IMG/VR virus record: IMGVR_UViG_2599185214_000003
DNA: 64,000 nt
Origin: a virus
Strand: one strand, 5' to 3'
Shown: one piece after another, positions 9,401 to 16,442 of the stretch
Position numbering within the stretch: position 1 is the stretch's first letter
Layout of the letters: every line of letters begins with the position of its first letter
The notes under the pieces: model-generated
The model's input: only the letters and a program-made list of their open reading frames with translations
The model's database searches: none
What the model was told of the DNA's origin: nothing
Translations under genes and position numbers: made by a program

Positions 9401-12400
9401 CGCCGGCCCTATGCGCTGCTCGGCGGCCGGGCGGGGTAGGTCCGCCTCGCCGAAGGTCGTGTTGGTCTCGATGATCGCCTGCGCGTTTTGGAGCATGTAG
9501 CGAAGAGCATCCTCGCGCGTCTCGAAGGACTGCTCTACCACCTTCACGCGCTTGCGATCGGTCACATCGCGCCAGATCTCGAAATTGCCATCGCGCGTGG
9601 AAGTCACGCGGTGCTTCATGGCGACGGCCGCCAGCGGAATCGCCGCCTCTGCCTCCTCGCGGGTCGCGTAGGAATCGCGCCCCACCTGCCGCGGCTGCTT
9701 GAAGGCATCGAGCGAGCGGGCATCGCGAATTACCCAGCGGCCTTCCTCACTCGCATTGCGGCTCTTCGCGATCTGCGACACCTCGAACCGGCGCGCCCAC
9801 GCTGGACGGCCATCCTTCGGCGCGGCCGACGCGCGCGTGCCCGATTTCTCGGCGCGGTCTTTCCGAGCGCCGCCGATCTTCTCGCCGAAGTCCACGATCT
9901 TGCCGTCGTCCGGGTCGGATTCAGACGGTGCTGCGACTGGCGTCTGCACCTCCGAGGGCGTAGCCAAGCGCGCTGCCGGCCCAACCCGCAGTTCGCGCTC
10001 GCTCGGCTGCGTACTGTGCGTGCGCTCGCGCTCGCCCGGAACGGGCTCGAACTGCGCCGGGCCGACCTTGCGCGCGGCGCGCACCGTGACCGACCAATTG
10101 CCCTCTTGGTCGGCTGGCTTGTAGCTGATAACTTGATCAAAACCTTGGCCGTAGCTGCGCACCACGTTGCCCGGCGTGAAGTACGAGGCACGGGCTTCCT
10201 CCGCCTCGCGGGCGATACGGTCGGCCTTCAGTTCCCGCTTGGCTTTGACCTCCCGAACCTTGGCAACAACACCTCGTGCAGGCTTCGCGGGTGCATCGCT
10301 TTCGCCACTGGTCTTCTCGGGCTCGGCAGCGGGCGCGGCGCTAGCCACCGCAGCCGACCGCGCCGGGGCGCTCGCGCTCGACACGTCGGTTGTGGAGCTG
10401 GGAAACTCGTGAGCAGCCGTGAGCAGGTCGTCGATGGGTGCATCCAACCGGATGACGCGGACATCGCCGCCCCGGTCACGCGCAGCGAGCCATTGGTGGT
10501 GGCCATCGAGCACATGCCCGTCGCGCGACACCAGGATGGCGCGATCGCCCCCTTGGAATTCTTTCGCCTGCTGCACGCGCGCCGGGCTGAACTCGGCCTG
10601 CGTGGGCTTGAGACTTGCCGCTGGCACGGTCTCTTCGGCGTGCGCAATTCCGCGCGCGTTCATGAAGTTGGTCATGGCGCCGCGGTGTTCGGCTTTGATT
10701 TGCGGCATCTGAGCCCGTGGCACGCCCTTGGTGCCCGAGTCGTTCGCGAACGTCGCCCACTCCCCGTTCGAGGTCTTGCGATTTGGTTCAACAGGCGGCG
10801 GCGCTACAGCGGGAGCCGCGGCAACCGGGTCGGCAGACTTCAGCTGCACCACGAACCGGCGGTTGTCGGGCACCACCTGGTGCGTGTCGCTCAGACCCGA
10901 ATCGTTTACGAAGGCGTCCGCCTTCTCCTGCGACAGGAACCACGCCTTCCCTTGCTCCACACGCTGCGCCGCCTTCTCGCGCTTTGCCGCGGGCACTCCG
11001 CCGGCGGCAACCACACCGGCAGGCGCCACAGCTGGCGCTGCTGCCGACGGCTGCTCAGTGCGGCGGCCGCGCGCGCGCGAAATGCCTTCCTGCAGGCTGG
11101 CCGGTGCCGGTGCCGGCGCTGCAGTCGCGGGGGCCGTGGCCGCAGCCGGTGCGGCTACTGCTTGCGTGGGCTGGGCTTGTCCTTGCTCGATCGGAGCTGC
11201 AGCAGCAACCGGTCGCGCGCCTTCGGCGACATCTGGCGCAGTCGCAACAGGGCCGCCAGTACGTTCTTCCGGGCCTGCGGCTCGGCGGGTAGTTTGAAGG
11301 GCATCTGCAATCTCCTGTTCGTTTGCGCCGAGGGCGCGGAGGAATTGGTCATCGGTGACGTTGCGGTCGCCGAAGTCAGGCACGTCGTCCTCGAGCGCCG
11401 CGGCCATGTGGCCCTCGGTCGCGCGGTCCAGCGTGCGGAAGTAGTCGTCATAAAGCGATCGGTCGCGCTCGTCCAGGTCGGAGTAGTCGAGGACGGGCGG
11501 GGCGGCTCGGTTCGCCGCCGCGACCTGTTCCTGCTCGGCGAGCGCGGCCGCATCGGCTTGCTGCTGCGCATCCTGCAGCACCTGGCCGTGCACACCGGAA
11601 TCGACGGCAATCGCCGCGCCGGCGGACAGCGGGCCTGCTGCGGGGTCAATGCCCATGGCTTCCGACGGTCGGACCGGTGCTGCACGCTCCGCCAACGCCA
11701 GGCCGCCAGTATCGAATTCGCGCTGCGCCGCGTTCGGGCTGGCCTCGAACGGCACTCCGTCCGTCGGTACCGTCGGCATCACCTCCAGCGGCGGCCGGCT
11801 GCCGGGGTCACGCGGATCGAAGGTGCGCTGAATGCTGGCCCCTCCGCCTTCCACGCTAGGCAGCGCATCACCGGGCGCCGCGGGCGCGGGCTGCTGCTCG
11901 GTCGGCGAGAGCGCCATTCCGTCGGGAGCGCCAAGCGCGGCCTGCGCTGTCGCAGGCTCCCCGCGCGCACCCACGCCGTGCACGAGTGCCGCGCCGCCGC
12001 CCATCGCACCGCCAGCGAGCAGGCCCTGCGCTGCCGCTGCACCGACGCCCTCGCCCACGGGCTTATCGAGCGCGAGGTTCTGCAGCGCCTGCTCGGCCAC
12101 GGATTGCGGCACCTCCTCCAGCAGGCCTTCGGCCAGTGCACCGGACGCGACCTGGCGCGCGAGCGAACGCTGCGACGCAGGGCCGGGCCCGTGGATCGAA
12201 CCTTGCGCGAGCATCGTCTCCGCATCGCTGATGCCCAGGCGCTGCGCCAGCTTGCCGCCGGCGGCGCCGAAGGCTGCCGTCGTGGCGCCCGTTGCCGCCG
12301 CCAGTGCTGCCTGCGCCGGCGTGAGCAACCCATCCTTGGTCTCGCCCCGGATCTGCTCGGCCTGCGAGCCAGCTCCGATCACGCCCTCGCCGGCGGCGCC

Positions 12401-12871
12401 CGCGACGGCGGCGCCGATCTTCGGCACGACCTTCAGCAGGCCGCGGGCGACACCCGCGCCGCCCAGCATCTGCGGGATCGACTCGCCGATGCTGGTGGCA
12501 ATCGTGCTCGGGTTCTCGAGCATTGCCTGGGTCGTACCAACGAATCCGTCCGCAGCCGCGACCTTCCTGTTCGCGGCCTTCTGCGCATCGGAGTACTGGT
12601 CGCCGAGAAATTCCTGGGTGTCCTTGAACCGGATGCCCGCGTCGTCGAGCGCCTTGCCGACACGGCCGCCTGTCGGAATGTCTGCAAGACCCACGACCGC
12701 CTGCGGCAGCCCGACGGCGCCCTTCAGTGCTGTGATGCCGACGTCCTTCGCGACATCGAGAGCGGAGCGCTTTGGGTTCTCTGGAGGGTCGAGCTCACCC
12801 GAGAACGGCTTGAGGCTCTGTGGCGGGGCGTCGAGTTGCCCATCGAAGGGTTTGAGGTCGGAACTGGCCAT
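3488..12871 (-). CDS. 3127-aa large polyvalent virion/ejection protein (ParB-like, LPD1/5-type zincin, second metallopeptidase, LPD3-like, ADP-ribosyltransferase, PLxRFG, LPD38-like)
   Basis: Motifs VLDGHHQW; FGEKIGGARKD; GSLAHEWFHALDH; HEMAARAF; LYHEVLGHHG; VVYHGT...GFYFTD...EFVAF; YAPLSRFG. Confidence 0.82.
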   Translation of the reverse strand: MASSDLKPFDGQLDAPPQSLKPFSGELDPPENPKRSALDVAKDVGITALKGAVGLPQAVVGLADIPTGGRVGKALDDAGIRFKDTQEFLGDQYSDAQKAANRKVAAADGFVGTTQAMLENPSTIATSIGESIPQMLGGAGVARGLLKVVPKIGAAVAGAAGEGVIGAGSQAEQIRGETKDGLLTPAQAALAAATGATTAAFGAAGGKLAQRLGISDAETMLAQGSIHGPGPASQRSLARQVASGALAEGLLEEVPQSVAEQALQNLALDKPVGEGVGAAAAQGLLAGGAMGGGAALVHGVGARGEPATAQAALGAPDGMALSPTEQQPAPAAPGDALPSVEGGGASIQRTFDPRDPGSRPPLEVMPTVPTDGVPFEASPNAAQREFDTGGLALAERAAPVRPSEAMGIDPAAGPLSAGAAIAVDSGVHGQVLQDAQQQADAAALAEQEQVAAANRAAPPVLDYSDLDERDRSLYDDYFRTLDRATEGHMAAALEDDVPDFGDRNVTDDQFLRALGANEQEIADALQTTRRAAGPEERTGGPVATAPDVAEGARPVAAAAPIEQGQAQPTQAVAAPAAATAPATAAPAPAPASLQEGISRARGRRTEQPSAAAPAVAPAGVVAAGGVPAAKREKAAQRVEQGKAWFLSQEKADAFVNDSGLSDTHQVVPDNRRFVVQLKSADPVAAAPAVAPPPVEPNRKTSNGEWATFANDSGTKGVPRAQMPQIKAEHRGAMTNFMNARGIAHAEETVPAASLKPTQAEFSPARVQQAKEFQGGDRAILVSRDGHVLDGHHQWLAARDRGGDVRVIRLDAPIDDLLTAAHEFPSSTTDVSSASAPARSAAVASAAPAAEPEKTSGESDAPAKPARGVVAKVREVKAKRELKADRIAREAEEARASYFTPGNVVRSYGQGFDQVISYKPADQEGNWSVTVRAARKVGPAQFEPVPGERERTHSTQPSERELRVGPAARLATPSEVQTPVAAPSESDPDDGKIVDFGEKIGGARKDRAEKSGTRASAAPKDGRPAWARRFEVSQIAKSRNASEEGRWVIRDARSLDAFKQPRQVGRDSYATREEAEAAIPLAAVAMKHRVTSTRDGNFEIWRDVTDRKRVKVVEQSFETREDALRYMLQNAQAIIETNTTFGEADLPRPAAEQRIGPARRESDVKDNDFTSTFGFRGVEFGNWNNQADRQQLLNDAYDGLLDLADVMGIPPRAISLNGELALAFGARGSGLSGARAHYEPAKAVINLTKMNGAGSLAHEWFHALDHYFGRQDGKAPTEWVTDKDGTRSLKINNDFERNAASGGTRGERSGMCAEVQEAYRDLMNTMTRKAEQYIEDTAKADRFVGASRKDVEDRLAGIRKNLSEKLPDYFKRNNKPATAAQLAEFDTLAQQIINGEALELRIQSKNPSAAARLAGYRWTNDVLEKMSGILKAVRGQGGFSADQRGTLDTLRGDMQRYSQRLKMLADAQQSTEKIRSVPTSFAMDARELDQGRGQDYWTSPHEMAARAFQGYVEDKVAERGGVSPFLNYGPENAAIMTPWGVKRPFPHGAERIAINQALDKLVGVIQTREGDGGNVALFRRSDDGLSSMTPAAAEAMRLLSRMPYSPRARIQAVHSVQKTVDAIRRAWGNAPEIVVAFDMNDAVVPEAARRADLRQRSGGARGAPEGFYYRGKAYLMASRLASQEDAARVLYHEVLGHHGLRGAFGKQLDDVLNQIATMRRADVDAKIREYGLRGVSKLDRRAAAEEVLAEMAQNTPELHFVRRAVAAIRTWLREHVPGFRGLRLTDDEIIRNFILPARQFVERGAGAAKSGARLAFSRAEGADADADSREFLEGAPVAAMTGKEFAADGVPLTEKVTQFYESTGNAQVDVPGIGLVSLDRQAVKSSLFHGIGRDKATAFAAVPDVLKNGKIIHAEAMEGSRDAGMVYHVAAPVRIGDRDMVEVVLVRADSNAKRMYVHEVVLKEKLRQTAFKTGADAAEAGVQARAGAGAIRSVLDRIYSVNPTAEAAAGADQTDEPAFRAWFGDSKVVDDAGKPLVVYHGTDQAFTAFDDDFIGEGNGNTDWGNGFYFTDSKQAADGYAQGDEGRTLEVYLSIKNPAPMDVVNEVMEQPGAEMDADYVRQELASRGYDGIIVNHKGGEREFVAFQPTQIKSANRNAGTFDESNPDIMFSRSTVGEYARTAAAELNKTFSAPGRLSWWHKTIGTMYNLAERSPAFKPVFDAAQGFVDDVSHYATDAAELAPKLLPKLETWRDIKKSPISAAANTAVAKPVFEGTLTWARDEQGKPVQVQELIDAAAGFTAEQKAQRLLRNGMIDERMLKAWQGMPLESYEKAVASRYESRMLQPGVVWSDAELRSMFQLNDDQVALYREFRDATNRSLDTMARADMLRFAGDDAKGLRTMVMDAPDAQAAAVLIRDHLAQLATDQPDRSTMLMNTANGIIDRADKVRDLQARGYAPLSRFGRYTVDVVDAKGDRQYFGLFETAREANTMAARMRAEFGEDAVGQGTLSEEAFKMFAGVTPETLELFGNALGLDSTGDRAQDQAFQEYLKLTKTNRSAMRRLIHRKGIAGFSEDVGRVLASFIYSNARQTAAGLNMGDLGEAVTAIPKEQGELKDVAVRLAEYVKNPQEEAQAVRGLLFAQYLGGSIASAFVNMTQPVAVTFPWLSQFGGARKAAAALGGAAKDMATKGFQYEPDLAKALKAAEEDGVVSPQEVHQLMAQARGSGSLRAGDGTRLGEARAAGQNALSRLSLAWGKVFGAAEQVNRRITFIAAYRVARDRGEADPAAFASRAVKETQFVYSKASKMQWGRGAVGGTLMTFKTYSIAYLELLHRMYTQGGPEGKRAALLALGTLMMMGGSGGLPFAEDIEDAVDGLAQLLGYNFSAKKARQEALEAMLPKGIADFLDKGVSGLPGAPLDVSGRLGMGNLIPGTGLLQQKTNHTRDVLEIAGPAGDFVSRIFSGALKVAQGNVGAGAMEIAPTAVRNAAKGVDMAATGMYRDAKGYKVLETTQLEAALKAIGFQPQSVATIQEANSINQQAKGFYNMRAQEIRAQWAAGIFEKDETKVRDARAAVADWNAKNPEQPMLIRIPDVMRRVREMQKSKDQRIADTAPRAMRAQMREEAARARAEV

Positions 12872-12877
12872 TGCGCC

Positions 12878-12918
12878 AGTCTTCCGAGGATGTCCCTGAG
12901 CGTCGAACCCTACGGGGG
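12878..12918 (-). promoter_or_regulatory. Late-promoter motif copy 2 (polyvalent protein)
   Basis: CCCCCGTAGGG-N24-AAGACT, then 6 nt to ATG 12871. Confidence 0.75.
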
Positions 12919-12955
12919 GCGCCAGCTACACTCGTTGTCAGGAGACGAGGATCGA

Positions 12956-13438
12956 GTGAAAAGAAAGCAGACGATTCAAATCGCGGGCAATCCGGTGTAC
13001 GCAAAGAAGCCCAGCCGCGCGACACCGATCAACAATCCATTGACCGGGACAGCCAGTTTCGGCACGTTTCCAGCTATCAGTGTGCCGGGTGCAGAGTTCG
13101 AAGCTGGCCCAATTTATCTTCGCTATGGCGAGCACTTCGGTCCAAATCGAGGGTGGGGTCTGGAGCATATTTGGCAGGCTCACTTCGCGTCTGTTCCGAC
13201 AGCCGACGATGCGACCCCATTGGTCGCCAATCTGCTCAACACTGTTCTGGTGCCAGGAGCCACCATCTACTACGAATACGGCTTGGGCAGCGCGGGCGAG
13301 CGCTCCACCGTCTTTCGCGGCCCGAACGGCGTGGTCGTTGTCGAGCGCAAGTTCGATGGCCGGAACAACGTTTTCTATAGCATCGTGACGGCGTTTTCCA
13401 CGTCGCGAGTGCATGGAGCCATCATCGGTACGCTGTAA
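12956..13438 (+). CDS. Stand-alone BECR-like (barnase/EndoU/colicin E5-D/RelE fold) putative RNase, moron
   Basis: GTG 12956 to TAA 13438, 160 aa. IYLRYGEH...GWGLEHIWQAH and YSIVTAF motifs resemble phage BECR nucleases. Lower GC and opposite orientation to neighbours. Confidence 0.55.
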   Translation: MKRKQTIQIAGNPVYAKKPSRATPINNPLTGTASFGTFPAISVPGAEFEAGPIYLRYGEHFGPNRGWGLEHIWQAHFASVPTADDATPLVANLLNTVLVPGATIYYEYGLGSAGERSTVFRGPNGVVVVERKFDGRNNVFYSIVTAFSTSRVHGAIIGTL

Positions 13439-13440
13439 TG

Positions 13441-13467
13441 AAAAAAGCGGCCCAAAAGGCCGCTTTT
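13441..13467. terminator. Bidirectional intrinsic terminator
   Basis: AAAAAA-GCGGCC-CAAAA-GGCCGC-TTTT. Confidence 0.85.
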
Positions 13468-13649
13468 CAGAAGAATGGTTGGGTCCAAGGTAGGTAGATG
13501 CCTCTCCTTAGCTACCGTTGCCGGTGGTTCGGAGCTCCTGAGATTTCTCCCAGCCTCTACTGTCGACGATGTCAGCTACGCCGCTGCCCGTAGTGTGAAG
13601 GCCAAATAACTGACCAAGCCCTCACCAAATGCTCTTGCAGAGACCCAAC
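13441..13649 (-). ncRNA. Putative ~210-nt structured RNA
   Basis: Upstream TGGCCA-N17-TATCAT promoter with TGn extension; ends pair (GTTGGGTC/GACCCAAC); two GNRA hairpins on this strand; ends at the U6 terminator. Confidence 0.6.
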
Positions 13650-13655
13650 ACCCCC

Positions 13656-13684
13656 ATGATAACAAATGTCGCCATATTTGGCCA
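13656..13684 (-). promoter_or_regulatory. sigma70-type promoter for the putative ncRNA
   Basis: -35 TGGCCA 13684-13679; 17 nt spacer; TGT-TATCAT 13664-13656. Confidence 0.55.
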
Positions 13685-13705
13685 GTGACGACCTCGGCTG
13701 CCCAG

Positions 13706-15712
13706 CTACCCTCCCACGAAGCGCTTGCCTTGCGCGTCCTCGTAGACCGGCTTGCCGCCCGAGGTGCCGACCTGCTTCGTCATGCCCGGCGGCAGGCCTG
13801 CTCGGGCTGGCTGAGCCTGGTCCACGAACTGGCCGGTCTGGTTATTGAACACCCGCGCCGGGCGCGTCGTGAGCTGCTGCGTAGTCGGGTCGACTTCCTG
13901 GCCGCCGGCCACCACAGTGAAGCGATTCGGGTGCTCCTTGCCAGTGACAGTCCGGATTTGCTCTGCGATCGCTGCGCGGTCTTCTGGCTTGGCCTTCTCA
14001 TATTGCGAAAACAGATCCTCGGCGCGCCGTGCCGCGCGCGTCTGAAAGCCTTGAGACTCCTGACGCAGCGCGAGCTCGCCGCGCTGGACGTCATTGGTCG
14101 CGCTGGCGCGCGCGTTCGCGCCCACCTCGCTGGTCAGCGTGCGACCGGTCGCGCCGGCCTGCTGCACCATTTCTCGTTGCAAAGCTGCTGCGTCGCGCGC
14201 CGCGGACTCTCTAGACTGCGCGCCGATGCGCACCTGCTCCCTGGCATCAGCACGATCCTCGCGTTCTCCTCGCAGGGCTCGAACTGCGCCGATGGCGGCG
14301 TCACCTCGCCCGGGCAGCCCGAAGTTGGTAGAGCCGACTGAAGCGTTGCGCGCATCGCGGCGACCCGCATCGCCGTCGGCGATGACCGCCACGCCTCCAG
14401 GCTGAAATCCAGCTGCGATGCCAGCACCCGCGGCGCGCTCGCCTGCGCGCTCGGCAATGCCGCGAGCCTCGAGCGCATCAGCCGCGGCCAAGTTCTGCGC
14501 GCTGGGCCCCGAGCGCGGCGCGAATCCCGCCGCGGCTGCCGCAGGCGAATCGCCGTAGCTGTTGCCCTGCCGGAACACTCCGGGCATGACCTGCGCTGCT
14601 GCGGTGCCGACCTGGCCATCCGCAGCGCCGGGGGCCGGCGCGTCTGCTGGCGCTGCTACTGGGGCGGGTGTTGCAGGCCGCGCACCCGCCGCCACCGGCA
14701 CCGCAGTCGCGGCGGATCCGGCGCCGCCATGGCCCCAACCTTCGCCGACGCCCGCGAAACCGCGACTGGTTGGCGCGGTGCTCGCAGCCGCATCGCCCTT
14801 GTACAGGAGGGATCGTGGGTCGTTGAAGGCATCGAGGCGCCCGGGACCGTCTTGCACCTTGGCTGGCTCGAACGTGGCCGGGCCGGTGGCGACGTAGGGC
14901 TGCATCATGCCGCCGCGCGTACCTGCAGTCGGTTCACGGCGAAACACGCCGAACGCAGCACCTTGCGTCTGCGCGAGCGGATTCGTCTCGGCGCGCGGTG
15001 CAGGCACGGCCGCGGGTGCCGGGAGCGCCTGCGGGCTCGGCGCCATGGATGCAGTCAGCATCGGAAGCGGCGCCGGGATGCTGGCGCTGACGTCCGTCCC
15101 TCCTCTGGGAGCGCCAGTCGCCCTGCGGCGCGACTCATCGTCGACCAGGCCGCCATCGGCAAAGAAGAGCTCCTGGTCTTCGTCGCCCGGGCGGAAGCCA
15201 CCCGACGCGTCCGCCGGCGCGTGCGTCGCGTCCTTGATTGCATCAAGTGCCTGCACGCCGACGGCATGCACCTGCTCGGGGGGCAACTGGTACTCGCCGT
15301 TGCTCAGGTTCACCGGGACCTTGGCGGGACTGAATCCGAGGGCGGCCACGCCGTCCTCTCCAATCTGCTCGGTGGAGTCGGCCGGCATGATGTAGCTGCC
15401 AGGACGCGCCTCCGTCTCGATGCTGTCCGACGTGCCGGTGCCGGGCCCGCGCACCGGCCCGCCGTCCTTGAGGCCCGCGGCCTTCATACGCCGCTCGGTC
15501 GCGCTCATACCGGCGTACTGCGTCAGGGCGCGTTCGGGCGCGGGTGCCGGCGCGGGCGCCGCCACGGGCGCAGGCGCTACTGCAGGTGCCGGCGCGCCTA
15601 CGTCCACCGGTTCGGGAATTCCCATCACTCGCCGCACGAGACCACGCACGAGGCCTCCCTCGGCAAGGTGCTGCGCCGGAACGCGCTTGGGGGCGGAAAT
15701 GAAGCCGTGCAT
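13706..15712 (-). CDS. Putative DNA ejection / internal virion protein
   Basis: 668 aa, Ala/Pro-rich, three xGG-hydrophobic motifs (LAEGGLV, LKDGGPV, FADGGLV); next to the polyvalent protein; SD GAGAGGT. Confidence 0.55.
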   Translation of the reverse strand: MHGFISAPKRVPAQHLAEGGLVRGLVRRVMGIPEPVDVGAPAPAVAPAPVAAPAPAPAPERALTQYAGMSATERRMKAAGLKDGGPVRGPGTGTSDSIETEARPGSYIMPADSTEQIGEDGVAALGFSPAKVPVNLSNGEYQLPPEQVHAVGVQALDAIKDATHAPADASGGFRPGDEDQELFFADGGLVDDESRRRATGAPRGGTDVSASIPAPLPMLTASMAPSPQALPAPAAVPAPRAETNPLAQTQGAAFGVFRREPTAGTRGGMMQPYVATGPATFEPAKVQDGPGRLDAFNDPRSLLYKGDAAASTAPTSRGFAGVGEGWGHGGAGSAATAVPVAAGARPATPAPVAAPADAPAPGAADGQVGTAAAQVMPGVFRQGNSYGDSPAAAAAGFAPRSGPSAQNLAAADALEARGIAERAGERAAGAGIAAGFQPGGVAVIADGDAGRRDARNASVGSTNFGLPGRGDAAIGAVRALRGEREDRADAREQVRIGAQSRESAARDAAALQREMVQQAGATGRTLTSEVGANARASATNDVQRGELALRQESQGFQTRAARRAEDLFSQYEKAKPEDRAAIAEQIRTVTGKEHPNRFTVVAGGQEVDPTTQQLTTRPARVFNNQTGQFVDQAQPARAGLPPGMTKQVGTSGGKPVYEDAQGKRFVGG

Positions 15713-15740
15713 GGTCTACCTCTCGATCTCGATGCGCGCC

Positions 15741-15781
15741 ATTGTTCGAAGGCGGGGCCCTTACGTCGAACCCCACGGGGG
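15741..15781 (-). promoter_or_regulatory. Late-promoter motif copy 3
   Basis: CCCCCGTGGGG-N24-AACAAT upstream of ATG 15712. Confidence 0.7.
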
Positions 15782-15818
15782 TACGAGTAACATTTCGCAA
15801 AACTCGGAGGTGGGTGAC

Positions 15819-16442
15819 ATGAAACGGTTCGTCTTTCTGGTCCTGGTGCTGGCCTCATGCTGCGCGTCAGCGCAGGTCACGAAATGCACTCTTCCGAACG
15901 GAAAGATCACATACAGTGACGGGCCCTGCCCAGCGGGCGCGGCAGATTCGCGCGTCAACACCACCGCCAACGTGCTCGATGGCTCTGGTGACCGCGCCGC
16001 TGCAGCACGGATGCGCACCGACAACCATCCTGTCGAGGATTCAACGAGCGCCACCGGACGCAGCCAAGGCTCCGTCCAACCTGTGGACGATCAAGCCTGT
16101 CGCGCGGCGCGGCGCGACCTGGACATGGCGAGTAGCCGCATGCGCACGGAGGTCTCAAGGGGCGGCCATCCTGGCAAGTTCGGCGTCGCCGTGAAGGATG
16201 CGGAGTACCGCGTCGACGCTGCGTGCGGCACGAACATGGCGGGCGCCCGAGCAGCTGACGCAGCGCGTCGACGGGAAGCCCGCGCCAACACGCCTCGATT
16301 CATCACTAACTGCAATGAGTCGGTCTGCTTCGACAACGTCGGGGGCGTCTACAACAAGGGCGCTGGCAACACCGTATTCGGCACCTCCGGCGAAATTTGC
16401 CAGAACGTCCCCGGCTCTCTTCAATGCTCCGGTGGGCGATGA
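15819..16442 (+). CDS. Secreted DUF4124-like protein, moron
   Basis: SD GGAGG; signal peptide MKRFVFLVLVLASCCASA; KCTLPNGKITYSDGPC motif; Cys-rich C-terminus. Confidence 0.75.
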   Translation: MKRFVFLVLVLASCCASAQVTKCTLPNGKITYSDGPCPAGAADSRVNTTANVLDGSGDRAAAARMRTDNHPVEDSTSATGRSQGSVQPVDDQACRAARRDLDMASSRMRTEVSRGGHPGKFGVAVKDAEYRVDAACGTNMAGARAADAARRREARANTPRFITNCNESVCFDNVGGVYNKGAGNTVFGTSGEICQNVPGSLQCSGGR

